A stretch of DNA of 32,000 nt, taken from NCBI GenBank assembly GCA_009909085.1, contig JAAANX010000099.1, forward strand, positions 25,920-57,919. Direction: 5' to 3'. The position numbers and the translations under genes are program-made. The notes under the pieces are model-generated. The model worked only from the letters and a program-made list of their open reading frames with translations. It was not told where the DNA came from and ran no database searches. The DNA is from Cyanobacteria bacterium GSL.Bin1. Its GTDB lineage: Bacteria; Cyanobacteriota; Cyanobacteriia; Cyanobacteriales; Rubidibacteraceae. Shown here piece after piece: positions 1 to 8,715 of this stretch; the stretch's first letter is position 1; each line of letters starts with the position of its first letter.

Positions 1-1359
1 AACTGCTGGAATTCGATCCGACCAAGGGACAGCGGGTAAGTTACTAAAAGCTTGGGGTAACCGGCCAAAAAAGACACGGTTAATCATGAGTAGGAAGTAA
101 ACAGCAGTTAATCCCGTTCCCACTAAACAAAATAAAGTTGCAATGGGAAACATTGAGAAGGTGGCGCGAAAGACTAAAAATTCGGAGATAAAGCCGACCA
201 TTCCTGGAATCCCAGCACTTGCCATGACCCCTAAAATCATTAAACTGCCAATAATGGGTAAACCTCGTTCTGGGTTGAGTAATCCTCTTAATGTTTCCAC
301 ATCCCGCGTTCCGGTTTTCTTACCTACGGTTCCCACTAAGAGGAATAATAACGCTGAAATCAGACCATGACTGATCATTTGTGCCACAGCAGCGACCAAA
401 CTTAACGGGGTCGCCGCAGCAGCGGCGAGTAAAATATACGCCATATGTGCAATGGAAGAATAGGCAACGACGCGTTTCATGTCCTTTTGCGAAATGGCAG
501 CTAACGCACCAAATAACGCACTAATTGCTGCCCAGATTGCTAAATAAGGGGCGAGAACTGACCAGGCATCAGGAAATAAGCCAATGCCAAAACGTAAAAT
601 GCCATAGGTTCCCAGTTTAAGGAGGACACCGGCTAATAAGACAGAAATTGGGGTTGAGGCTTCGACGTGAGCATCCGGAAGCCAAGTGTGGAAGGGAAAA
701 ATCGGAATTTTGATGCCAAATCCCGCCAGAAGAATCAGCAACAGGATAATTTGACTGCCTAAGGGCAGAACCTGTGCTTGTAAAGGTTCATAATCGAAAC
801 TAGAAGCATCGGTGAGCCAAACGATACCCAGGAAAGAGGCTAAGACTAATGCGCCGGAAATGGCAGTGTAGAGTAAGAATTTTGTTGCTGCATAACCTCG
901 GTTTTCTCCCCCCCAAATGGCAATGAGGAAATAAAGGGGAATGAGTTCAATTTCGTAGAACAGGAAGAAGAGAAGGACATTTTGCGCTAAAAACGCGCCG
1001 GCTGTTCCTGCACTGAGGAGGAGTAAGAGAGCATAGTAAAAGCGCGATCGCGCAATTTTGGGAGGACTGGTATAAATGGCAATTAAGGTGAGAAAGCTAT
1101 TAATAAAAATCAGCGGTAAGGCTAAGCCATCAACGCCCAGATAATAATTGAGTCCCAGTTGTTCCAGCCAAGGCAAGGATTCTGATATAAAGAGCCCTTC
1201 TTGGGTGGGATCAAATTGCAAGCCAATGGCAAAAGTTATAGCCAGTAAGAGACTACCAATTATTAAAGCGAAAGGGCGTGACTTTTCTGCTTGTTGATCC
1301 GGTAAAAAACCGATGATGATACCACCGATCACAGGAATCCAAATTAAAGTACTCAGCAT
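1..1359 (-). CDS. ndhD3: NAD(P)H-quinone oxidoreductase chain 4, CO2-uptake type (NdhD3); C-terminus lies beyond the window edge
   Basis: The minus-strand frame is open from ATG at 1359 to position 1. It starts MLSTLIWIPVIGGIIIGFLP and continues as polytopic NdhD-like sequence (FLFYEIELIPLYFLIAIWGG, HTWLPDAHVEA). It lies directly downstream of ndhF3, as in ndhF3-ndhD3-cupA operons. It is missing from the ORF track only because no stop codon lies in the window. Confidence 0.8.
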   Translation of the reverse strand, partial: MLSTLIWIPVIGGIIIGFLPDQQAEKSRPFALIIGSLLLAITFAIGLQFDPTQEGLFISESLPWLEQLGLNYYLGVDGLALPLIFINSFLTLIAIYTSPPKIARSRFYYALLLLLSAGTAGAFLAQNVLLFFLFYEIELIPLYFLIAIWGGENRGYAATKFLLYTAISGALVLASFLGIVWLTDASSFDYEPLQAQVLPLGSQIILLLILLAGFGIKIPIFPFHTWLPDAHVEASTPISVLLAGVLLKLGTYGILRFGIGLFPDAWSVLAPYLAIWAAISALFGALAAISQKDMKRVVAYSSIAHMAYILLAAAAATPLSLVAAVAQMISHGLISALLFLLVGTVGKKTGTRDVETLRGLLNPERGLPIIGSLMILGVMASAGIPGMVGFISEFLVFRATFSMFPIATLFCLVGTGLTAVYFLLMINRVFFGRLPQAFSNLPAVPWSDRIPAV

Positions 1360-1446
1360 TTTTTCGTTATTTATTATTTGTTATGTTTTGCCATTGCCAA
1401 TCACGGGTGACGAATGTACAGACATTCCATGGAACGTCTCTCATGA

Positions 1447-3306
1447 CTAAAACGGCCACTTAATCAAAAGCGTCAACAATAAAGCACCACTAATCAAAAT
1501 GGTCAGTAAGTAAAATTGGGATTGTCCAGATGCACTATATTTCAAGCTTTGACCACTGAAGAGGGTACCAAAGCCAATTAAGTTCACCACACCATCAATG
1601 ATGTATCGATCGAGCCAAGCACTAAATTTAGACGCCAGTTCCACAGCTAAGACCACAGTCCAACGATACACCCGCTCTAGATAAAAGTCGTAAGCCAGAA
1701 AATCTTGGAGAAACCGAGAACTGCTGCGAACCGGTCGCATCCAGGTGCGAGGAAGCGCGATTGTTGCCCCTAAAATTACACCGACGGCACCCGATAAGAC
1801 GAGTAGTAACATCTCCGGTTGATTCAGTACGGTGGCAGTGCTAGCAATTGAACCGGTTTGGGCAAACCACAGTTGCCAACGCTGGGGAATTAAGGGGGCA
1901 AGCAGCGCGATCACCATGACACTGACCATCGGAAACGCCATTGGCCAGTTGACTTCTGGGGCGCGTCGCGTTTTCGCTTGCGGTTTTCCAAGAAAGACGA
2001 GACGAAACACTCGAGTTAAGTTGATCGCACTGAGGCTATTAATCAGCATAATGAAGGGTAATAGCCATTCCGGAAGCGTTTTAAAACTCTCAATCCATTG
2101 TCCCATCACCCAAAAGTTACCGAGAGGCAATAAAACAACTAAACCGGAGGCACCCACCAAAAAAGAAAGGGTCGTTACGGGCATTCTTGACCATAATCCC
2201 CCCATCTGCGTAATATTTTGGTCATTGGTGGTGAGAATGATCGAGCCGACAGTCATAAACATCAGGGTTTTCGCGATCGCGTGGATCAACAATAACAATA
2301 AGGCAATATCTAAGCGCCCAAAGCCAACGGCAACAAACACTAACCCTAAATAGACACTCGTCGAGTGAGAGAGCGTCCGTTTTAAATCAATTTGCGCGAT
2401 CGCGACAAAAGAAGCCCCCACAGCAGTCACTAGCCCCACCGCAATTAACACTTCTCCCACTAGCGGTGAGAGTTCAAAAATCGGATGCAACTTAATCAAT
2501 ACATAAGCCCCAGCGGTAACTACAATCGAATTCCGCATTAAAGACGCCGGACTCGGCGCTTCCATGGCTTCATCTAACCACAAATTTAGAGGAAATTGGG
2601 CACATTTTCCAACCGGTCCCGCAATTAGGGCTAAACCAAGTAACGTTGCGCTGAAAGGGGCTAAATTGGCATTGGTACTCCAAGCACCAATTTCAGTAAA
2701 TGTCAAGCCAACCCCATAACTAGAAAGCGCGACCACCCCCATCAGCAGAATAATATCGCCGACACGCTTGGTTAAAAAGGCATCCCGGGCAGCAGTCACC
2801 ACTAAAGGTTGAGCGTACCAAAATCCCACTAACAAGTAGGTAGAGAGGGTTAAAAGCTCTAGCAAACCATAACTTAACAGTAAAGAATCACTAAGGGCAA
2901 TTCCACATAAAGCGGCTTCAAAAAAGCCCATTAAACCGTAAAATCGCGCCAGTGACCAATCTTTTTCCATATAACCTAAGCCATAGATCAGAGTAACAAC
3001 AGTAATGCCTGTAACTAACTCTAAGGCCCCGATACTAATCGGAGAAATTTCAATGGCTAAAGTCAGGTCTAAGTCAGCTACTTTCAACCAATGAAAGATC
3101 AATTCTTGGGGGGGTTTTTCCCAAATTAGAATAAATGCTGCTGACCCGTGAACAAACGCGATCAAGCTCATCAATAAATTAATATAAGCGGCTGGTCGCG
3201 GTCCGGTTCGACGAATTAATCTCATTGACCAAGGAAGGGTCAATACCGCCCCTATTAGTCCATAGAAGGGGATTAAGACGGTTCCTTGTACTAACAAATC
3301 GCCCAT
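1447..3306 (-). CDS. ndhF3: NAD(P)H-quinone oxidoreductase chain 5, CO2-uptake type (NdhF3)
   Basis: 619-aa polytopic protein with NdhF/NuoL signatures (LLTLSTYLLVGFWYAQPLVVTAARDAFLTKRVGD). It is followed by ndhD and is divergent from the ccm operon. Confidence 0.85.
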   Translation of the reverse strand: MGDLLVQGTVLIPFYGLIGAVLTLPWSMRLIRRTGPRPAAYINLLMSLIAFVHGSAAFILIWEKPPQELIFHWLKVADLDLTLAIEISPISIGALELVTGITVVTLIYGLGYMEKDWSLARFYGLMGFFEAALCGIALSDSLLLSYGLLELLTLSTYLLVGFWYAQPLVVTAARDAFLTKRVGDIILLMGVVALSSYGVGLTFTEIGAWSTNANLAPFSATLLGLALIAGPVGKCAQFPLNLWLDEAMEAPSPASLMRNSIVVTAGAYVLIKLHPIFELSPLVGEVLIAVGLVTAVGASFVAIAQIDLKRTLSHSTSVYLGLVFVAVGFGRLDIALLLLLIHAIAKTLMFMTVGSIILTTNDQNITQMGGLWSRMPVTTLSFLVGASGLVVLLPLGNFWVMGQWIESFKTLPEWLLPFIMLINSLSAINLTRVFRLVFLGKPQAKTRRAPEVNWPMAFPMVSVMVIALLAPLIPQRWQLWFAQTGSIASTATVLNQPEMLLLVLSGAVGVILGATIALPRTWMRPVRSSSRFLQDFLAYDFYLERVYRWTVVLAVELASKFSAWLDRYIIDGVVNLIGFGTLFSGQSLKYSASGQSQFYLLTILISGALLLTLLIKWPF

Positions 3307-3617
3307 ACAAAAAATTTTCCTTAACTAACAATATTAATTTTAAATTAAATCGGTTGCTATCTTCTACTAAGACCACCTCTTTTCCTGAAAAAGCGCCTAA
3401 ATTTGACTAACTAAGTGCAAGAATATTCCGTTAATTATTCTGATCGGTTTTACTTAGTAAAGTGCTTTATTTGTGACTGTGTTTGTATTAAATAAACTCG
3501 AATGCTGATAATGCTTATGGTAAAGATTAGAAAATATTATCGTTATAAATAAGGACAATTACCTAGAGAAAAAAAGACTGTTGTGGTGCGTGATCATCCG
3601 ACAATAAAAAGCATTTC

Positions 3618-3664
3618 ATCAATAGCGATCAGGCGTGACCTGTCAATCAAGTTTCAGAGATTGA
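3618..3664. promoter_or_regulatory. Candidate operator: ATCAAT half-site plus perfect dyad TCAATC-N10-GATTGA in the ndhF3/ccmK divergent region
   Basis: ATCAAT at 3618-3623, TCAATC at 3643-3648, and its exact reverse complement GATTGA at 3659-3664. The function is inferred only. Confidence 0.3.
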
Positions 3665-3724
3665 TTTTTTCTTGACGCCATTATCAGAATTTTTAAACGG
3701 TCCTATCCAATTCTCCTTATAGAG

Positions 3725-3742
3725 TTGTCCCGCCCCAGACAA
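3725..3742. promoter_or_regulatory. Candidate operator dyad TTGTC-N8-GACAA, flanked by TATA-rich arms
   Basis: TTGTC at 3725-3729 and GACAA at 3738-3742. The extended imperfect palindrome TATAGAGTTGTC...GACAATTATAA spans about 3717-3748. Confidence 0.2.
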
Positions 3743-3862
3743 TTATAAAACAGTCTTCTCATTCTCGATAGAGAGAAGCATCTCCTCGTCTCGGAATCAT
3801 AACCAATCATCAATATTAAAAAATATTAAACAGAGTAATTTGAAAATATTATGATATTTTAT

Positions 3863-3880
3863 ATTGTCAAAAGCGACAAT
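3863..3880. promoter_or_regulatory. Candidate operator dyad ATTGTC-N6-GACAAT
   Basis: ATTGTC at 3863-3868 and GACAAT at 3875-3880. It shares the TTGTC/GACAA core with the dyad at 3725-3742. Confidence 0.2.
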
Positions 3881-4070
3881 GTCATTTATGCTTTTTTTTG
3901 GTAGGGAAAATAACCCACCCCGTCAAAAATGAGCACCTTCAAATTTTTGTCTAGGGAAAAGCTCATCCGTTGCCGAAATGGGAACTGAAGAGCCAACTTG
4001 CCCTGAAGCGTGCCAAATTTGACACTTTTATATAGACAAATCTCTAGCTTGACAATCGAGGAAAACACAT

Positions 4071-4376
4071 ATGCCAATTGCGGTTGGAATGATAGAAACG
4101 CTAGGCTTTCCCGCCGTCGTGGAAGCAGCCGATGCGATGGTTAAAGCAGCCCGTGTTACCTTAGTGGGCTATGAAAAAATCGGAACCGGTCGTGTCACCG
4201 TCATTGTTCGTGGCGATGTTTCCGAAGTGCAAGCCTCAGTCAGTGCTGGGGTCGAATCTGCCAACCGAGTTAATGGCGGGGAAGTGTTATCAACACACAT
4301 TATTGCTCGTCCCCACGAAAACCTGGAATACGTCCTACCGATTCGCTACACCGAAGCAGTAGAACAGTTCCGATAA
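4071..4376 (+). CDS. ccmK2: Carboxysome shell hexamer protein CcmK (short form)
   Basis: 101-aa BMC-domain protein ([38 protein letters not shown]). It is the first gene of the ccmK-K-L-M-N order. The K2 assignment follows the Synechocystis gene order and the short C-terminus. Confidence 0.9.
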   Translation: MPIAVGMIETLGFPAVVEAADAMVKAARVTLVGYEKIGTGRVTVIVRGDVSEVQASVSAGVESANRVNGGEVLSTHIIARPHENLEYVLPIRYTEAVEQFR

Positions 4377-4501
4377 TTTTAATGGGGGCATTTCAAGCAT
4401 CCCACCTAATCCCGTGATTTGGCATCAGTCTCGATTGAGATGTCCCCGCCGTTCCATGTCGTGAATTAACAACGCTCAACTCCGAGGAGGAAACCAAACA
4501 A

Positions 4502-4843
4502 ATGGCAGTCGCAGTAGGAATGATAGAAACGCTAGGCTTTCCCGCCGTTGTGGAAGCCGCCGATGCAATGGTCAAAGCAGCCCGTGTCACCTTAGTGGGC
4601 TATGAAAAAATTGGAACCGGTCGTGTAACCGTCATTGTGCGCGGTGATGTTTCCGAAGTTCAGGCTTCAGTGAGCGCTGGTACTGAGTCTGTGAAACGAG
4701 TCAATGGGGGACAAGTCTTATCCACCCATATTATTGCTCGTCCTCACGAAAACTTAGAATACGTCTTACCGATTCGTTATACCGAAGAAGTAGAACAATT
4801 CCGCGAAGGCGTTGGTACCCCTCGCAACATCACTCGCCAGTAA
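4502..4843 (+). CDS. ccmK1: Carboxysome shell hexamer protein CcmK (form with C-terminal extension)
   Basis: 113-aa BMC-domain paralog, nearly identical to the upstream copy over the domain, with an extra C-terminal tail ([12 protein letters not shown]). Confidence 0.9.
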   Translation: MAVAVGMIETLGFPAVVEAADAMVKAARVTLVGYEKIGTGRVTVIVRGDVSEVQASVSAGTESVKRVNGGQVLSTHIIARPHENLEYVLPIRYTEEVEQFREGVGTPRNITRQ

Positions 4844-4851
4844 TCTAGATT

Positions 4852-5139
4852 ATGCAGATGGCAAAAGTTTGCGGAACAGTGGTTGGCACACAAAAATTGC
4901 CGAGTATGACCGGTGTCAAATTACTCTTGTTGCAGTTTATTGATGCTAGCGGTGAACTGCTTCCGGAATACGAAGTCGCTGCCGATCCGGTTGGTGCTGG
5001 ACTAGGGGAATGGGTCTTGGTTAACCGCGGTAGCGCTGCTCGCCAAACAGAAAATCATCAAAACCGTCCCCTTGATGCCATGGTTGTTGCCATTATTGAT
5101 ACTGTTACTGTGAATAATCGCCGACTATACGGTGAATAA
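4852..5139 (+). CDS. ccmL: Carboxysome shell vertex (pentamer) protein CcmL
   Basis: 95-aa EutN/CcmL-type sequence (MAKVCGTVVGTQK...AADPVGAG.GEWVLV..GSAAR) in the conserved position after ccmK. Confidence 0.9.
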   Translation: MQMAKVCGTVVGTQKLPSMTGVKLLLLQFIDASGELLPEYEVAADPVGAGLGEWVLVNRGSAARQTENHQNRPLDAMVVAIIDTVTVNNRRLYGE

Positions 5140-5401
5140 AATAAAAACTAATTTTAGTCCCGCCGCAGGGGTGAGAAATGAAAAGGCCTGTCTCGTCAAA
5201 CGGTTTAGCGTGAATTAACGCTCTGTTCAACCAATGACGAACTTTCTCTAGAAAATCAGCCCGAAGATCTCACCCCAAAGGGAGTCAACTCGGGCAGCAA
5301 GCTTGAGAGAAAGGGCGAGAAAATGTCAAGACAGTCAAAATTGACGTTTATACCGCTCTTTTGCCTAAAACAAAAGCGTTTACATTTAGGAGGAACAAAC
5401 A

Positions 5402-7450
5402 ATGGCAGTCCGCAGTGAAGCGGCTCCACCCACTCCTTGGTCAAAAGCCCTCGCCGAACCCCAAATAGACGAAAGTGCTTATGTCCATTCCTTTTCCAAC
5501 ATTATTGGTGATGTTTGGGTCGGAGCGAATGTCCTGGTTGCACCCGGAACTTCAATTCGCGCTGATGAAGGCTCACCTTTTGCCATTGGAGAAGGAACGA
5601 ATATCCAAGATGGAGTCGTCATTCATGGTTTAGAAGAAGGGCGTGTAGTTGGGGAAGATCGGAAGCATTATTCGGTCTGGATTGGAGAGGATACTTGTAT
5701 TACCCACATGGCCCTAATCCATGGCCCTTGTTATATCGGTAATAATTGCTTTATTGGGTTCCGTTCCACCGTGTTTAATGCGCGTGTTGGCGATGATTGC
5801 ATTGTGATGATGCATGCCCTCATTCAAGATGTGGAAATCCCGCCCGGAAAATATATCCCTTCGGGCGCGATTATCACCAATCAACAACAAGCTGACCGCT
5901 TACCGGATGTTCAAGAGTCAGACCGCAAATTTGCTCACCATGTTGTGGAAGTGAATGAAGCACTCAGAGCAGGATATCACTGTGCTCGGGATGCGAGTTG
6001 TATTATCCAAGTCAGAAATGAAGGGGCTCGACCAGAGCAACCGGGTAATGGCAATGGGGCAAAAACCAGTTATCAAAAAGTGGTGAATAAACCCAGTCCA
6101 AATGGAAGCAAGCAATCACAGGGGGGAACAAACTTGAAACCAGAAGCAATCGAACAAGTGCGATCGCTGCTGCGACAAGGCTATCAAATTGGTACCGAAC
6201 ACGCAGACAAACGACGCTTTAGTCGCAATTCCTGGCAGAATTGCGCACCGATTCAAGAAATGCAAGAACGCAGTGTTATTCAAGCGTTAGAAGCTTGTTT
6301 AGCCGAACACGCAGGAGAATATGTTCGCTTGTTTGGGATTGATCCCAAGGCGAAACGACGGGTTTCGGAGGTGGTGATTCAAACACCGAGCGATCAACCC
6401 AGTGCGAATACCAGTTACAGTAGCACCAATGGCGGATATCAGCCCAGTTATCGTCGTCAAAGCTACCAGGGAGCCAGTCAAAGCAGCGGCGGTTTAGACC
6501 AAGATACGACAGAACAAGTGCGATCGCTGCTCAATCAAGGCTATCAAATTGGTGTGGAACACGCCGATAAACGACGCTTTAGTCGCAATTCTTGGCAAAA
6601 TGGCGCACCGATCCAAAGCCGTCAAGTTGCAGGCGCGATCGCGGAATTAGAAGCCTGTTTATCAGAATACAACGGTGAATATGTCCGCTTGATTGGCATT
6701 GATCCGAAAGCAAAACGGCGGGTTGTAGAACAGCTCATTCAAGAGCCTGGACAACAAAATGGCACTGCTGGCAAACACGGAACTTCTCAAGCTAGTCAAG
6801 CGAGTCGTGGCGGAAGCGAAGCAGTGGGCGGTGAGATTGCTGAACAAGTGCGCTCCCTGGTCAGCCAAGGGTATAACATCGGCTTAGAATATGCCGATCA
6901 ACGCCGCTTCCGTCGCAATTCCTGGCAAAATGCTGGACAATTGGAAGGGAATGTGAATCAAGTCCTTTCAGAATTGAATGCCTGCTTAGCCCAACATCCG
7001 AAAGACTATGTGCGCCTCGTCGGCATTGATCCCAAAGCCAAGCGCCGAGTCTTAGAGACTTTGATTCAGCAGCCTGGAAAACAGAGTGCTTCTACTCAGC
7101 AAGGGGCTCAAGCTTCACCAGCAGCCAGTCGTAGCAGTAATGGTCGTCAAAGCTATAGCCAATATAACGGCAATGGTGCCAAAAGTAGCTTAGATCGAGA
7201 AACCGTTGAACAAGTGCGAAACCTGCTGCACCAAGGCTATCAAATTGGAACGGAACACGCGGATAAACGACGCTTTAGTCGCAACTCTTGGCAAAGTTGC
7301 GCGCCCATTGAAAGTACCCGTGAAGCCGAAGTCCTATCAGCCCTCGAAGGTTGCTTAGCGGATCATCAAGGAGAATATGTGCGTTTAGTGGGCATTGATC
7401 CCAAAGCCAAACGACGGGTCCTGGAAACAACCATTCAGCAACCCGCTTAG
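5402..7450 (+). CDS. ccmM: Carboxysome assembly protein CcmM: N-terminal gamma-carbonic-anhydrase-like domain plus four RbcS-like (SSUL) modules
   Basis: 682 aa. The N-terminal roughly 200 aa form a left-handed beta-helix gamma-CA fold sequence. Four repeats of [23 protein letters not shown]...[14 protein letters not shown] follow. Confidence 0.95.
   Translation: MAVRSEAAPPTPWSKALAEPQIDESAYVHSFSNIIGDVWVGANVLVAPGTSIRADEGSPFAIGEGTNIQDGVVIHGLEEGRVVGEDRKHYSVWIGEDTCITHMALIHGPCYIGNNCFIGFRSTVFNARVGDDCIVMMHALIQDVEIPPGKYIPSGAIITNQQQADRLPDVQESDRKFAHHVVEVNEALRAGYHCARDASCIIQVRNEGARPEQPGNGNGAKTSYQKVVNKPSPNGSKQSQGGTNLKPEAIEQVRSLLRQGYQIGTEHADKRRFSRNSWQNCAPIQEMQERSVIQALEACLAEHAGEYVRLFGIDPKAKRRVSEVVIQTPSDQPSANTSYSSTNGGYQPSYRRQSYQGASQSSGGLDQDTTEQVRSLLNQGYQIGVEHADKRRFSRNSWQNGAPIQSRQVAGAIAELEACLSEYNGEYVRLIGIDPKAKRRVVEQLIQEPGQQNGTAGKHGTSQASQASRGGSEAVGGEIAEQVRSLVSQGYNIGLEYADQRRFRRNSWQNAGQLEGNVNQVLSELNACLAQHPKDYVRLVGIDPKAKRRVLETLIQQPGKQSASTQQGAQASPAASRSSNGRQSYSQYNGNGAKSSLDRETVEQVRNLLHQGYQIGTEHADKRRFSRNSWQSCAPIESTREAEVLSALEGCLADHQGEYVRLVGIDPKAKRRVLETTIQQPA
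6134..7438 (+). repeat. Four tandem SSUL (RbcS-like) coding repeats inside ccmM
   Basis: The units are at about 6134-6382, 6494-6742, 6833-7069 and 7190-7438. Each unit begins with a GAACAAGTGCG core. Units 1 and 2 carry a HIP1 octamer at the same place (6160-6167, 6520-6527). Confidence 0.9.
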
Positions 7451-7545
7451 GTTGATTCATGATCAGGAGTTGCCTTTAAACACTCCTGATTCCTGAATCG
7501 AATTTTTTGTAAACCTTATTGCAAGCCATTTAGTGGCTGTAGTCC

Positions 7546-8268
7546 ATGTCTGTGCTTTCCCTGCCGACAATCAGTCACAGCCAAATTTATGTCAGTGGTG
7601 ATGTGGTCATTGATGACACCGCAGCGATTGCGCCCGGCGTGATTCTGCAAGCAACCGCCAACGGGCGGATCATCATTAAAGCAGGGGCTTGCATTGGAAT
7701 GGGAACCGTTTTAACGGCAAATCAGGGAACGATCGAAATTGGTGAAGGAGCGGTTTTAGGGGCAGGGGTTTTAGTCGTTGGTTCTGGCAAAATTGGCGAT
7801 CACGCCTGTATTGGCGCAGCAACCACCCTCATTGACTCCTCCGTTGCAGTCCGGGAAGAGATTGCCCCAGGCACCCTCAAGGGAGATACCTCCCGTCAGG
7901 AGAATCTTTCCCCGAGTGATTCCGATAGCAAATCGGAAACGAATCATGCCGAACCCACCAGTAATGGTAGCCATCCTCCACCTCAGCCAGATTGGACACC
8001 GCCAGTATCAAGCACGAACAAAGCCAACAATAATGGTAGTCCGGTCAATGGTCAACCCGTAGATTCGACTCAACCCACTGCGGAGACAAATAAAAAAGAC
8101 CAGCAATCTCCCCCTGATTCCTCTTCTCAGCAGCAGTCCCCGACCAATACCAATACCACGATCTATGGTCAAACCCATATTGAACGTTTGATGGTGACTT
8201 TATTTCCTCACAAGGAGAACTTTAAACAAGAAAAAAAAGACGAATCGGGTAATGTAGGGCCGGAATAG
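7546..8268 (+). CDS. ccmN: Carboxysome assembly protein CcmN
   Basis: 240 aa with an N-terminal hexapeptide-repeat beta-helix region and a long S/P/Q/N/D-rich linker. The C-terminal amphipathic peptide (IYGQTHIERLMVTLF) fits a shell-binding encapsulation peptide. The gene sits directly after ccmM. Confidence 0.85.
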   Translation: MSVLSLPTISHSQIYVSGDVVIDDTAAIAPGVILQATANGRIIIKAGACIGMGTVLTANQGTIEIGEGAVLGAGVLVVGSGKIGDHACIGAATTLIDSSVAVREEIAPGTLKGDTSRQENLSPSDSDSKSETNHAEPTSNGSHPPPQPDWTPPVSSTNKANNNGSPVNGQPVDSTQPTAETNKKDQQSPPDSSSQQQSPTNTNTTIYGQTHIERLMVTLFPHKENFKQEKKDESGNVGPE

Positions 8269-8715
8269 CGATTAGTTATTAGTAATGTCAAAGAACTAAC
8301 TAATAATCAATCAGTATGGTCAAAAATGTTCTCACAAACCCTTTAAAACAAAAAGAAAATTTGTAAAGAAAAGTAAATTGATCAACAGCGGTAAAACCCT
8401 TCCCCTGGTTAGTCTGAGTGTGCTTCTGAAAACTAGGGGAAAAGCGGGTCAATTGCTGTTATTATTAATATGATGCTCGAAATTTGTAATCATCGAGTAA
8501 GGAGATTTAGATTGAAAAACAAATAAGTAAAAACTATTTTGCTAAAAATTAATATTAATAGGTAAAATGTAACCAACTCATGTTACAGTAAAAAACTAAG
8601 TGAGGCTAATAAATAGCAAAAACCGAAAAGAATCACTCTGAAATAAAGAAACAGAACTTTTCGGGATAACATCTGAAACTGGTGATCTCAAGACCTCAAA
8701 ACTCAGGAGAAAGAA

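Noticed and set aside
1832-2353. 173-aa plus-strand ORF
   Set aside because: It lies entirely antisense within ndhF3 and has an Arg/Lys-rich nonsense-like composition. The same reasoning applies to 143-370 (inside ndhD3), 3179-3410, 4171-4362, 4393-4590, 5918-6115, 6299-6481, 6662-6868 and 7275-7460.
4019-4054. Two TTGACA hexamers just upstream of ccmK2 as -35 boxes
   Set aside because: Neither has an acceptable -10 hexamer at 16-18 nt spacing. The second lies only 16 nt from the start codon. The promoter position cannot be called from sequence alone.
5256-5444. 62-aa minus-strand ORF in the ccmL-ccmM spacer
   Set aside because: It is antisense to the ccm operon, overlaps the ccmM start and RBS, and has no recognisable sequence features.
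6031-6134. Internal translation start for a short CcmM isoform (M35-like) ahead of SSUL1
   Set aside because: No in-frame ATG lies in the linker. The only GTG codons (about 6080-6085) have no convincing Shine-Dalgarno sequence. The isoform may exist, but the sequence alone does not support a call.
7771-8062. Overlapping ORFs of 67 aa and 94 aa inside ccmN
   Set aside because: They are alternative-frame or antisense ORFs within the low-complexity linker of ccmN, and ccmN is the supported reading. The same applies to the ORFs embedded in rbcL (9800-10021), rbcX (10349-10540) and rbcS (10694-10888).
8568-8587. NtcA binding site upstream of rbcL
   Set aside because: The arms are TGTAAC/GTTACA, so the GTA and TAC triplets are 12 nt apart rather than the canonical GTA-N8-TAC spacing.
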